Shown here piece by piece: positions 28,791-43,060 of a DNA stretch of 64,000 bases (its first letter is position 1; each line of letters begins with the position of its first letter). The stretch covers positions 15,934,001 through 15,998,000 of the forward strand of contig JAQFVV010000010.1 of assembly GCA_028023455.1 (NCBI GenBank), read 5' to 3'. The position numbers and the translations under genes are program-made. Under the pieces are notes generated by a model. It was given only the letters and a program-made list of their open reading frames with translations, had not been told where the DNA came from and searched no databases. The DNA is from Epiperipatus broadwayi (Eukaryota; Animalia; Onychophora).

Positions 28791-31156
28791 TATTAGCTAA
28801 TAAGTGGATAAAGAGCTACTTTTAGCGAGAAGATAAAACAAAAATGAAAAACTACTCAAACATTCACCACTTGACAATTGGGGAGGTGAACTATTTAAAG
28901 ACAGTTTATCTTTACTATGTATTTAACCAGATAATCATAAAGGAATATATCAGCCATTGTCAGATTTTAAAAATTGCTCTGAAAAATATACTATATAATA
29001 GATGTGGAATTGTGGGTAATATTTAGTATAAATTTGTTATCTTGTAGTCCTTTACATTTGAGAAGTCTGCTTGTAGCAATGAAATCGTTAGTTCTGTTTT
29101 AGAATTTATTTTCTTTGGCTAGTCTGGTTGAGTTGTAAATCTGAGGCAATTTTGATTATTTTATTGACTAGTTTGGCTTTAGGCTTTTAATGTTTATAAT
29201 TTGTCTTGTATTTTTTGGCAAATTGCTTAATTGCCCAATTATGTACCATTCTCAATCAATTAACTATTATTCACCATTTTAATCTATACTGTCCTTTCCA
29301 AAATGTATCATAATTACTGATGCAATCAGACAATGGCATTTGAAAACTTGGTAATATAAATCTAATTTGGTTGAACTGAAAGTAATTAAAAATATCAAAA
29401 CATTGCTTAGGATTTACTGCTTTTCTTTTGGTATCTTTCATATATTTCATATTTGTACTGTAAAAAAATTATTGCATTTCAGTTAATGAAATACTTAAGA
29501 TTTTATTTCAGTCAAAAACATTTATCAAAAGAAAATCAATGCATATTATTACAATTTATTTTTATCTTAATAATTTTAACACTAAGATTGGGATTCAGAT
29601 CAACAAATAAAATAATAATTGGTAAACATGATGCTTTATTAAATACCAAAACTTAGTACTTTAAGAGATTCGCACTTTGCAACTAAGAAAGAGTTATGTG
29701 TACTACTATATTTTTTGATAGTTCATATTTATAATAACGAAAATGTACATTTCATTTTGGGAATATTAATAACAAAAATTAAACATTATTATAATTTCCT
29801 TCATTTTCTATTTAAAAATTCTAATTATATTTTATATCATAACTTAAAAATCTGGCTGCTTTAGCATATATCTGTATTATCTTCATCACATCAACCCAAT
29901 CATTCCATTGATTTACTCTTCGCACATCCCAGCAAACTATTTGGTTATATTAAACTTTATTACTCTCCTATCTCACTTTTTCTTATTCTCTACAGATCAC
30001 TCCAATATATTTTTCAAAATACCTGTACCAAATTCTTTTCTATCTCATAATTTTTTCAACACATAAATTTCATGTCCATTATACTTTTTAATATTTAACA
30101 ATATTTATTAAACCATCATGAAATATAAATTATACAAGAGGGTGTGAATACTTTACAATACTTAAACCATAGTGAAATGTAAAATTATGTTCCACAAGAA
30201 TGTGTGTCAATTAATAATTTTGAAAGCATTTAATATTTAAAATTGCTTAGCCAGAACAGTGAAATATGATTTAATAAATAATAAATTATGAGTTTAGTAA
30301 AGATTATGAGCAAAAAAGAAAAACATTTTGATAAGTACTACAGTGTTACTTCCCCATCTACTACTCCCCTCAAATTTGGAAACAAAATAAAAGTGTTCAT
30401 CTTTAATCCAACATCAAAGTAAGAAGTTACAGTTTAGTACTTTTAAAAACAAACAAACAAAAAAATAGTTGCAATAGAAAAAAAAAAATTAAAAACAAAT
30501 ATGGACTTTAGCTGAACTATGAAATATCTTGATTAAAAATAGAATCTTTTCTTAAAAAAAAAAATTATTCAACAAAATGAAATGCATCTTTGATGATGGC
30601 AAATATAATATTTATTTTCATTCTAAACTTTCTACAAAATTAATCAGTCTTATTAAAAATTTTGTAAAGCTTATTCGCAATAATTCATCCTGTCACTTTG
30701 ATGCTCAAATATCACTTGACCTCTCCAGCAACTGATCATATGACAACTATTCTCAATGATACTAATTCCATCCTTACAAATTCAACACTCAGCAATATAT
30801 CTAAAAAGACTATTAATTAAAGAAAATATATAAAAATTATATTCCACATATTCATTTTCCTTACAAATCTTGTTTATTTTATGAACCAAGTCTCTCTAAA
30901 TCAACTTTCAATCATATTCTGTTGTCATTTTCAAGATCTTTTTCAATTCTTTTATATAGTTGCTTTCATGACATTTTACATACATAAGGAATTGAAAATA
31001 GACATTGAAAATGATTATATGATATAATTAAAATGGTTTATGAATGGATTTGTAAAAAAAAATGAGTATATAAAATATGATTTTTATATTTTGAAATTAC
31101 TGAGCCAATTTTGAAAGGCAAAAAGAGCTATTTACTTATTTAATTATATGTAATTA

Positions 31157-31319
31157 GAGGAAATAAAAACACAGATGTTCAAGCTATCTTCAACTATCCA
31201 CTCCATCTTATATAACCGATACACATGACCATATACATGTGGAAAAGATAAATGATCTCCAATATATGTATTTCATGCTGAAACAGCACTCATCTTGAAA
31301 GTCTGTATTCAAATCCCCT
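31157..31319 (-). mobile_element. H1 element, truncated inside the hammerhead, with inverted terminal piece
   Basis: Minus strand GATGA-GTGC-TGTTTCA-GCAT-GAAA-TACATA-TA-TTGG. Positions 31295-31319 are an inverted copy of the element terminus. Confidence 0.75.
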
Positions 31320-31349
31320 CTAATTACATTTAAAGTTCAGTATATACAT

Positions 31350-32770
31350 TATACTTGTATTCAAATATTATTTAATTATATTAAATAAACAGGTAACAAA
31401 CAACATCCTTTCTTAAACTTCTTATCTATCTCTGTGTAAAAAGTTTTAATTTTAAAAAAATTTTGATTCATATAAGAATATCCTAATAGTTACCTCTGCT
31501 TCTAATATATATCTTTTTTTCGTTGTCATCAAAATAACTCAATTAGTCTATTAAATAATTTTCAAAATTAATACAACAAATATTAACTTCTCTTTTTCTA
31601 TATATTTTAATAATGGTTATCACTTCAATAATATTTCTTGTGCTCTAACCTTTCTAATTTAAATCTGCCTAATTTATTGTTTATTCTACAGTCTCAATAT
31701 TACTTTTATCTGTTTGCATTGGTGGTCGGGAGGTCAGCACAGCTGCCTTGCAAGCAGTTGTCCCGGATTAGCGGGTTCACTTCCTGGCCAATGCTATGAC
31801 ACATGAAAAAAAAAAAGATTCACCTTAGTCCAAAAATTCTCATACTTAAGTTCATCGTAATCCCCCCCTCCCCCAACTCAAAGCATTTCTGAATTCAACA
31901 AAAATTTCATTAGTTTTCTATCATGACCTGTCTTCATTTTAGTGACATCCTTAACATCATCCTCTTCCATTATTACATATTTTATCTATATTTGGTCCAT
32001 TTCTTTTTCTATTAACATAGATATTTTATATGCTTGTTAATTCTATCATACAAATCAACCATAGATTTTTCGCATTTTTTAAATATATCTATCCTCTTTA
32101 CTAATAATTAAATATTGTTTCAATTATTTTTGATTTTTACATCAGCTTTCTCCTATAAGTTAAATTATCTTCTCATTGCAATTCATTTATTATTTCAGTC
32201 TTCTTCTAAACACATTTCTCAAGCTTATGGTACATTTCATTATTAATCTTTGGTATTGTATTCATATTTTCCCTTTATCAATTTACTTTCCAGCATTAAA
32301 TCCAACACTTCTTTATTTTGCTCCTAGATTACTATTTGTGTTGCAGCTTTATATATATATATTTTAAATATTTCAAATTTAATATCTGAATTTACATTAT
32401 CACCTAGCTTTATTCTCTAATGTTGCATTTTAATTTATAAATGATCTATTTCTTCCTTGGCTTAAAGCTTTTGATATTCTTAAAATTTAATTCCAATTCT
32501 ACTATGGCTAGGATATATTCTGAATCTATGTCAATTCTTGGAAATACATTTACATTCATAACCTGCAATGGCTTCAACTGGTATGTAACACCGCTATCAA
32601 TTTTCAAATGTCTTAATTTCATATCATTTACTAAATTGAATAGGTATTCCTCTTAGCACCTAATAAGCATATCTTTACTTTGCAAAAATAAAATTACTTT
32701 GAATTTAGTATATGTGGTTTTAATTTTATACCCATCCCTTTTCTATTTTAGCAGTGACTTGGCTATAATA
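31350..32770 (-). mobile_element. Degraded LINE fragment (endonuclease/RT region)
   Basis: Purine-rich minus strand with a DIDSEY-like endonuclease trace near 32520. Interrupted by the SINE at 31716. Confidence 0.4.
31716..31816 (+). mobile_element. tRNA-Gly-derived short SINE, subfamily A, inserted in a LINE remnant
   Basis: Same head, body, tail and poly(A) as the other copies. Confidence 0.85.
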
Positions 32771-35700
32771 TTTTTTCACCTTTTTCAAATGATAGGTTTT
32801 TTTAATTATATTTTTCAAAAGAAATATAACAAAAAGTGTTGTAACTAATGGCAACAATAATAAGTAGCAAATTTATTTCAGGAAAATCACTGATTATAAA
32901 AAAGCAATCAACTTATTGTAAAAAAAAAGCTGACATTTGAATCCAGTTAAACAAAAATAATTTTATTTCATTTTCGGCTATATTTATTAAATTTTTTATA
33001 CACATAATTTAACAATTTTTATAAATAATGCTTATTAAAAAATCAAATTTGAAACAATATATAGCAAATAAATACATATCTTAAAGCATTATGAGATAAT
33101 TGCACTTGGAGTGTAACAAAACTGTCTTGTAGCCATTGCAGGTTAATGAAATTATTAAATTTACTCTAAATTAAAAGTTTGAAACTAAACAAAAAATATT
33201 TTTATCCACCTGAATCTTTTCAGGTGATAAACTTACTCCTGTGATTTTTAACCTATGGAATCATTATCATCATTATATTTTTCTAAAAAAAAAAAAATTG
33301 AATTTAACTTTCTATTTTACTCATTTCCTAACTCTAATCCACAATCTACTATTTTTTATTTTTTTCTCTGAGCATCATAGCATTTTAATTCCCCATAACT
33401 TAATATGTTTTCAATTATCTTTTCTATTTTATCATATATGGTATCTTCAGCACTTCATATTTATAATATACAACTTAACTATTTATTAACACTAAGTCTT
33501 ATTTTAACAACAAAAAAAATATTGTTATAAATTAGTGTATAGCATCCCTTAATATATATATATTAGTATTTATGAAAGTGCTAAAATATATAATATTGTA
33601 TTATTTTAAAAGGAAATAGAAGAGGAAAAAATTATTTCATGAAAATGTATACGAGTTAAACTATTGAATGATTCAATAAACAAAACAATACAACTTATCA
33701 CTATATGTAGGTGGAAGTCCATTTCTATATAAATATGTATATTATATATGTATTTCTATACATACAAATTTCTAATATCTCAAATTGAAATTTATAAAAA
33801 TATTTATGTTGTAGATATACAGTCAACTCTAGAATACATTTGATATACCCATCAAAGTCTGAAAGTGGAAAACGGATTGTATTATATTGAAAAATAAGCT
33901 GGGTATACAATCAAGATAATTTAATATTCTCATTCTGAGACTACTATCATTATTGATTATAATATTTTTAATAAATCCATTTTAAAACTTCAAATCAGCT
34001 TATTTTAAGGAATGCATTATAAAAAGGCTATTTCAAAAACAATTATCGCCAATAATTTTTCAGTTATCAGAATAGTTAGATGTAATTGCAATTATATTTA
34101 AACACTTCATTTTCAAACAAGTCTTTCAATTAGTAAGCAATGAATTATCACTTTTATCTGAATTCTCAATCTATTTGGAGTAATCAAAACTATATCTTAT
34201 CTGCCCTTCATGATTTTTGTAATTTATATCAGTCAGAAATATTTTATCAAAAAACCTAACTCTTAAAATGAATTTTCAATAATTCTTCATTTAAGCATTA
34301 AGAATTTTCAATTATATAGTTGCAAACAATAACAAAAACTAACCATAAAGAAAATTTCTTCTTTAAAGTTTTTCAAAACACTAAAATTCTCTTCCAATAA
34401 CATTCTATTACATTTTTGGCATAAAATATACAGTAATTAGTCTTCAATATTGTGCTTGATTCTTTTGTCTTCACAAATATAATTATCGAAATACTGAAAA
34501 ACTACTGCGTAGTAAATCGAAAGATTTCACACTGTATGTTTATAATTTGAACTCAGTGAATTAAGTGTGATAATATTTAAGATTCACGCTTTCAAATATA
34601 AGTACTTTGGACTGGCTTGGATATATATTAAGACAAATAAAGAAGAGAGTGGAACCGCTCTTTTCTTATTAAATTCTCTGTCCCAGTGCTTAAGATTTGA
34701 TTGGCTGGTTGTAGTCATAAGCGCTTGAGAGATTTGCACTCTCTTAATTATTTGAATAACATAATAGATATTGAGCAAAACTCAAACAAATAACACAATA
34801 TAGTCTTATTCATAAATATTTTTGAAATGCAATCAATCTTTACTACAATTAACTTTTTTTAATTTTGATCTCAAATGTATTAGCATCTAACACGTATCTA
34901 TTTATAAAAAATCATTTCCTATTTGATTATATCAATATTTTTAGTGAAATATAAGAATAATTTCTAATCCGACCCCAGGAGCTAGTATCGTGGCACGCTT
35001 TTACAGGACCTCAACATATTCCTACATGCCAAGAGATATATATATGCGGTGAAACAATGAGACTGGGGATGTCCAAAACCATCTCACAGTTTAGATGCAA
35101 GTCCTGTTCCTATCAGTGAAAGTGTTCTCTTCAAAAGGAGACCTGATTCGGCAGCTCCAGAATCCTGTCCCTTTTGAAAGCCTTAGTGTGAGCCAGGATC
35201 AGGAATGAAACATGCTTCAGTAGCTTATGTCCATTTCTTCGGTTTGCCATTTAGGAGGGGTTCACTCCGGGCATCTCCAGTATTTAAGGATTGGCCAATG
35301 AAGTATTTTGGAAAGCAATAAAAGAATGTAGACACACAATACCAAGTATTACACAGTTGTGCAGATACAGTTAAAACAACCTTATTAACATTAATATATA
35401 GGTATACCATCCCATATGTTACTACGCTACAAAAAAAAAAAAACAATCCATTATGAAATGAATAAAATCTCCTTTTTTCCTTAAAGACGTTTAATTAATT
35501 TAGATGCAGGTATTATACCAGCATTTTATTCTTAGCATAAGTAATTATTAATAGCCACCATCATTGAACTATTTATGCACATAGATCCCATATAAATCTA
35601 TGAAAAAAATCGCATGGTACCTCTCAATTCCAAATATTAAATTAGCAGGCATGTATATAACTATTGGCCTTCTAATGCGTAATTAATTCATATCTGGTTT

Positions 35701-36403
35701 GATTAAGTATACATATATAATAAACATAACTTGTCTAATTTATTTACAAATGAGTTCTGCCTTACATAGCAGGGTGGGAGTAAAATTTTTAAAAAAAATT
35801 GTTTTGAACTTATTTTAATTTCTATTATCCAACTTCTCATTTATATACATATATCATTACACATAATCAATTAAATAACAAATCAACAAACTTGTTGATT
35901 TTGTAGATACACTAACCTACATTAATATATAAAGATATTAAAAATTATCCAGTGGTCTGGTAAGATCATATTTCTGTGTTTTTGCATAGCATCAACGCCA
36001 TCAAGTGGCTGACGAGCTAATAGAACAATATCGTATCACATTATTATAACATTCATACAGTATATATTTTTGTTTTATATGCATGCATACATGGCAGATA
36101 TTTATTTAATAACAATCATATATACAAATTTACTTGTATTAAAAAGTATATGCCTCTCCTTATTTACATTTAATGATTGTATTATCAGTAGTATCACTGT
36201 ATATATCATTTTAGAACCATCATATCAATGGACATCAGATGATACTGCAACCAGATCCCCAAACTATTTTTGGCTATTGATTTTCATCAGTGACCACTGT
36301 ATTACATACATTCATCTAGCAACTACCTTTACTTCTTTTATAATAACTATACAACCTAATGGCCTTAAAATTCCAATACACTACGGTTTCAAACATAATT
36401 CAA

Positions 36404-36608
36404 CATACAACAATATATCTTTTCAAAATAATCACAACTTCTTACACCTTTAAGCAAAAATATTTATTATTATAAAACCATCTTCTTCATAGAATGAGAT
36501 CTGAAGAAGACTGTGAGGAATAGTCGGAACTGTTTTATAATAATAAATATTTTTACTTAAAGGTGTAAGAAGTTGTGATTATTTTGAAAGGATATATTGT
36601 TGTATATG
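36404..36608. repeat. About 75-bp inverted repeat enclosing a decayed H2 hammerhead (36501-36535)
   Basis: Arms at about 36404-36478 and 36532-36608 are near-perfect reverse complements. Confidence 0.8.
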
Positions 36609-38891
36609 AAGAAGCAAAATTAAGGAAGAGTAAGAAGTGTTTACAGAATAAATCAACACACTAGATCACAACTAGAAACAGTACTTTAATGACTTCAGTT
36701 ATATGTAAACTCTTTAAACTCTCTGACAAACAATCATTAGCATAAACAATATAAAAGTAAAGACAGTTAGTTACTGGATGAAAGCTAATAGCCAGAAACT
36801 ACTTTGGGAAACTTATTGGCACATTACTATCATATGGACTCCATTGATTACAAATGTTTACATGGAAAGTTCTAGTGAATGGATTACTGCTATTATAAAA
36901 TACTAATAATCAGATCAAAGAATAGAATACAACAGTAGATATATAAAATCATTATTTTCAAATGCATATATGTACAATACAATGGGATCGACATTCAGGG
37001 GGAAAATAGTAAATTAAAAAAAAAAATTTGTAAAAAAACAAAAACAAATATACTTATTAATAGTTGTTTATTTCAATCTTGTTTGATTGATTATTTATTG
37101 AAGTGCTTGTGACAACATTATGGACAAATAAATTATATTGGATATTTGACCATCATAGTGAAATTTTATTGTCTAATTCATGTGACAGCAATAACTCACA
37201 AAATGTCACATTTGCAAATAGCTACCTTTTGCCTGGTCAGTAAATACTAGTTAACATTCAAGATTATTATTTAATATTATTTTGACATTGTGTCTTTTGC
37301 ATTTTATCAAGATCAATTGTCATTGCAAGTTAACTTTATTGTTGTATTTTTTCAGTATTAAATAGTCTACTATATATTATTTTAAAGATTTGTAACACCT
37401 ATAAATAAACACACACATGTATATGTACTTCTTAAAAAACTAGTATTGAATAATATTCTATTTTTTATTAATTATTAAAACGTATTATAAGTGTATAGAG
37501 AAGTACTATTTTTACTGTATATAGATATAGCTTTCATTACTATAACAAGTTCACATTATATAAGGGCCTTAGAACCAAATACTATAAATAGAACAATCCT
37601 ATTATATGTTTTTCAAAAGGTATTTCTCATTCACTAAAAATAGGCTAGAAAATGCAAGCTTCCAAAGTATTAATTAACTGACTGTATTATAAACAATTGC
37701 AGAACAAAGGTTATTTTATTATGCTTTTTGTAAAAGATAACTCAATGTACAAAAAAAAAAAACATTCTATTTTAGTGGAAATAACTCTAAAATTAAGGCA
37801 ACAGAAGGGGTAATTAATTGAAAAAAAAAAACCCATTTGTTGGTTTAATTAGCATTACGATTCATTATCATTTTACAAATAATGATAATAACATTAGAAT
37901 TGTACTACATTATTTTTATAATTAAAGATTAATTTTAATCTTTTGTACAAAAAGATTTACAAATAAATTTCGATTCAAACAAAATATAAAGCAAATCCAA
38001 AGTGGCAAAACTTAGAAATAATATAAATAGTCAAAATAAGAATCATAGATCACATGACCCTATTCTCTTAAGCACGGAACCATGGTCAGGGGTTGGGGGG
38101 GGGGGGGTTTCCTGACAGGGATATTTTAAGTGCTGGCTCTGGCTAAGCATTTATCACAAAGCTTGTTGAGGAATTGGCAATCCTCATTGTTTAGAAATAA
38201 TATATTTCACAAGTATTTAATTTCTCATTCATGAACTACATACAATTAAATTAAACTGATATAATGTCCAATAAATTTTAAATAAAGGTACATAATCAAG
38301 ATAATAATATGGTGCATTAATATTAGGTGGATAATTAGGGAAGTGATTGCTAATCTATGCATATAGTTTGTGATTTTAATCTTAATTCTAAAGACCTTTA
38401 TATCTATAAACTAACATACAATACATTCCCAATGATAATGAAGACGATTACCATCATCTCATTACAATATATAATAAATAAATCAAATAATTTTTATTAA
38501 TTTAATCACTTTAATTTTTTAACAGTAAAATTTCTAATCAAAAAAAAAAAAATGAAAACTTAAATAATAACTAATTTATTTATCATAAATTAAACATTAT
38601 TTAAAAAGTTTTTGAAGAAAATACTATTGTTACTTAATAATGTTTGCATATATATATTCTCTAACAAAGCAAATTGGGGTAATTAGGCAAAAAATTACTA
38701 TGATCAATCCATAATATTTGATTGTGGCTAATAATAGTTTGCCATTGATAACTATTTCAATATTTAGAGAAAGAATGGACAATCTTTTCAACCTAGGTCA
38801 ATTTCAACTTTCCTTTTTAAACAAGGGCCATAATTTTTTTGTGAATTAAAAATAAAGTAACATTATAATTAATAATGACCGTTTTACATTT

Positions 38892-39006
38892 TTTTTTTTT
38901 CCATATGTCATAGCATCTGCTGGGACGCGAACCCACAACCGTCTGCAACCAACTACTTGCTTGCATGGCGGCTGTGATACCTCTCGGCTAACAACGCAAG
39001 ACAACC
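38892..39006 (-). mobile_element. tRNA-Gly-derived short SINE, subfamily B, with imperfect TSD
   Basis: Subfamily B insertion present. Flanks CCG[T/A]TTTACATTT at 38879-38891 and 39007-39019. Confidence 0.85.
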
Positions 39007-39059
39007 CCGATTTACATTTAATGACAATTTTTCAATTCTCCTTCCAACTGTTCATTGAC

Positions 39060-39530
39060 ATATTTATATTTCTAAATTTATTTTTTATGAAATATTTAGA
39101 TTAATTTTTACAGTAGTTAGGTTGCAATATTTTATAAATTCCCCTTCAGGAAATGGTTTCAAAGTTTTTACTTTTTTAAAAAAATAACATAACTTGTTTT
39201 CACACAATTTACTGACTTGTATGTATTTTTTTACAAAACAGATCAAACACTTGATGAAGTTCTTTTTCAAGTTTTCTATTTTAATATTTCTTTCTTCCCT
39301 AACAATTTTGTTGTAATCAGAATGTTTTGATAAATACTGCCTCTTAATATTGTTCTTTATTAAGTGAAATACTTTCCAGAAATATCAGGCACATCAATTT
39401 ACTATTTCTTTATATTGAAAAAAAAAAAAGGATTGGTCCATTTCTTTTGAAATGTGCAATTTTCTGTCAAATTTTCTTATCTTATCTGGTATAGTGATCA
39501 TAATAAATGAAATATATTCTCTTATTCTTC
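39060..39530 (-). mobile_element. hAT (GTF2IRD2/SPIN-like) transposase N-terminal fragment
   Basis: KPFPEGEFIKYC in ORF 39085-39270, with a CLI...KE...H zinc-finger-like trace upstream. Confidence 0.6.
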
Positions 39531-39595
39531 TCCTTCACTTTCTTTGCATAACTTCATATAATTATATATTGTTTAATTAAGGCAGTGAAGAAGAT

Positions 39596-39640
39596 AGAGC
39601 TCTGATGAAGACTGCTGAAAAGTCGAAACTGTAAGAAAAT
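39596..39640 (+). ncRNA. Minimal hammerhead-like motif (H2)
   Basis: GCT-CTGATGA-A-GAC-TGCTGAAAA-GTC-GAAA-CTG-TA-AG. Stem I has only about 2 bp. Confidence 0.5.
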
Positions 39641-41599
39641 AAAGAAGTTTTTAAGAAAATTTGTTGCATTAACGTGTATATGAAGAGTGTTATAAGCAAT
39701 AAATGAAATACAAAATAATAATAAAACAAAGTAAAATTTAAGTTTTATTTTTGCTCTTATATGTTTGTCTGTGAAAATCACTATAAAAACTAACAAAATG
39801 GCCTCACCATTGCATATTAAATTCGTAGTGAGATGGATCACATAATTTGTTGGAATATTACACCTCTGGTAGAATGAACTAGAATTATTTATTATAAAAG
39901 TTGAAGAGAGAAAAAGATGTAGATGAGAAAATAAATATTTTATTTTAGTTAATTTGTAATTGAATCATTGCATGCATGTTTAAATAGAAGTTTATCCAGG
40001 GCAATTTTGTGGGCCGAATTGAGAATTTTCGAGAGCCAGAAGTTACCCACCTCTGATTTAGAATATACTATAATTTTTTATGAGATGCTTACATCAATAA
40101 AATTCAAAATTATAAAGTATCAAATAATGAATATCTACTTTTGTATTTACTTCCATGACAAAATCAAAGTATTTTTAAAGAAAATATTTTCCTTATTCAA
40201 CCTATAAATAAAATGAATAGTTTTAAACATTTCTACTTTTTTATATACTTATATTTAGCATTAAAATTAAAGTTTAAAAAAATATGAAGATTTTTTTAAT
40301 TCTCTAGGATGAATTATAATGTAGTACAATGTTTCTTGTACTTGCTTAACATGATTTCACTAATAGAAAGTAAGTAATTACTTACATAGTTATTCCTGAT
40401 GTTAAATAGATACAACTGAATGTTCTTAATACTTTACATTATAAACTATTCTGCAAAGGATCTCAATATCTAAATAATATAAGTTCGCCTCCTCCCCTTA
40501 AGCAACTGGAAATTGACTATTCTAATTAGAAATTATAAAAAGCCTATCATCTAAACTGCTTTTTTCCAATTCTAAAATATGAGGTGAAATTATTATATTT
40601 CAGCAGCCATTCATACTATTGCTTTTATCAATTACTCTTCATGGATATATCATATTTGGGAGATAAGGTTCATTATCTGATGGAAAAATTGTTTAATATG
40701 AACACTATCATCTCCCAATTTACACAGCATTTGCAATCAATACTGGCTTAAAAAACTTGAGAATCATATTACATACAGAATACTAAAAGTTTTGAATACA
40801 AATACTAGTCTTCATTTACTATTTTGCAAACAAATGTAGCTTTTCCAAAACAGATAAAAAAACCAAGAATAAAAAATTAAAAAGCAAAGAAATAAGAATT
40901 GTATTCAGAAATGCTTTATTTAAAGTAACTAACTGCAGATGGACATAATAATGACCCCAATGGCTCAAAATGGCTGAGCTCTATAAAGATTTGTCAGAAA
41001 TGGGCAAGATGTTGACCATAGTCCACCCGTGGAATGCCAAGAAATTTTGAAGTGATCATTTGAATTAAGAAAAAATAATGGTAACCAATGCTGCATTATG
41101 CTAAATTAGATAGATATACACAAAATAAATGTTTTTCATATGGCTACTATAATTGAGAATCATTACTTCACAAGAGAGGCAGCTGGGTGTAGTCGGGCAA
41201 GGTAACCAATAAATGTATCAAATGATAGATGCCTTCATTCAAAATGCACGATATGTATGCTGATTACAAAATCCATTGACTTGAACATATTCACTGCACA
41301 ACACAAAGACCCAATGGATAGTATTGAATAATGTTTCAGTCAGTCATGAAGCCAACAACTGTATTTTTTCTTGTGGAAGATGTATAGATTTATGTAGTTT
41401 ATCGTAAAAATATTTTAAAAGAGTATAAAATCTAAAATAAGTGCAAAGAAAAGAAAGATATATAATGAAATAAGAGTTTTCTTTCACAATGGTGAATGCA
41501 AAATGTATGTATTGCGTCTTTCCAAAAAAAAACCCATCAAAAGTAATTTTAAAACCATGCAAGTTTTAATAAAATTTTGTCATTAAAAAGCATGTTACA

Positions 41600-43060
41600 T
41601 TAACAAAAGTTACATTTTTTAAAGTCACAATTAACTAGCCAATAAACAAGTTTTATTAAACCCATAACTCCATGCATTTTTGTTAATATTAAGTTGCATA
41701 AAGAAAATTATCCTTTAAGACTGATGATTGATTTCGCAAGTTCATATTATGAAGGAACTATGAAATTGGTGTTCAAATGATTATAGGATGAACTGGGTTT
41801 TGGAAAATTTGCATCAAGTCATCTTATGATTGTGTTAGTATTTTAAATTCTGCTCAAGCAATTGATATAGAATGGCTTCTTTTAATATTAACAAGTTGGA
41901 TGGTTCGATGGCTCATATTTTTAAGGGTTCATCAGAATTTCTTTATTAAAAAGAATTTTGAGAAACAAAAGACCAAATTTATTATGGATGTTCTCATTTG
42001 GGTTAGGGAAGATATTACTGCTTCTTTTAAGGGTCAATTAAAAAAAAAAAGAGAGTAGTTGTGACCAATGGGAATTTCAGTTAATGCTTTGGTTTGTAGT
42101 CTGGTAGTTATTCATATTGAGAAAAAAATTGTGCAACTTGCATTGAATGATTATAATAATATTGTGCACATTAGATATATTAATGACATTTTTGTTTGTG
42201 CTCCTTTGGCAGTGATAAAAGATGTTTTTGATAAATTAAATAAGAATTCAAACTTGAAATGCTCTATTGAACATGAGGTTAATGTAGATTTGCTAATAAA
42301 GCATAATAACAATACATTGGACTATACAATGCAAATTAAACCTATTAATGTCAGAGGCTATATCAAGCCTAAATCTTGTATATATCCAAGATATAAATAT
42401 GTAGGTTTCAAGGCCTTCTTGCATTGGAACCATAATTTATGTAAATTTGAATTGGATAAAAAAGATAATATTCATAAGTATATGTCTGAGTTAATAGGCG
42501 TGGGTTACAATAAATATGCTTTATTTAATCATATTAAGCATATTAAAAATAGAGTTTAATAGTAATCAAATTATGGATTTTAAACCTTAGATGATCCTCC
42601 CTTATATACCTTCAATATCGTCAAATATCAAGAAAGTGTGTGTTAAAGATGTTTTCAGTCACCTGCTTTATTAAAACATTTAATTAGTAATTGTAAGGAG
42701 ATCCTAAGAAATGCTCTTGTATTATTTGATTAGGTGCCAGGAACATAATTGCCCTTGTTTGTATTATGGTAAATCTAAACCAAACATTAATATAAGGTTT
42801 AAACATGTGTTATTATAATAAAACTAAATTGGATTTTTGGATGTTACCAGTAATTTTAGAGCACAAATGTTTATTTAATCACGTTTTCAATCCTAGTGAA
42901 ATAAAAATGGTTTGTAGTGATAGTAATGATAGAAAACATAAAATTAAAGAGGCTTGGTTTATTTCTAATGATAACTTTGTAAAGAACAGAAAGTTTAACA
43001 GTGTTCAATTGGGTACTGTTGGAATATGCACAATTAGACTGATGGTTTTGTAACTTCCCT
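41600..43060 (+). mobile_element. Penelope-like element remnant (RT plus GIY-YIG endonuclease)
   Basis: MGISVNALV...IE (compare MGSPLSP...ME), RYINDIFV (compare RYVDDIF), KPINVRGYI, YYGKSKPNINIRFKH (GIY-YIG-like) and KIKEAWFI. Confidence 0.75.
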
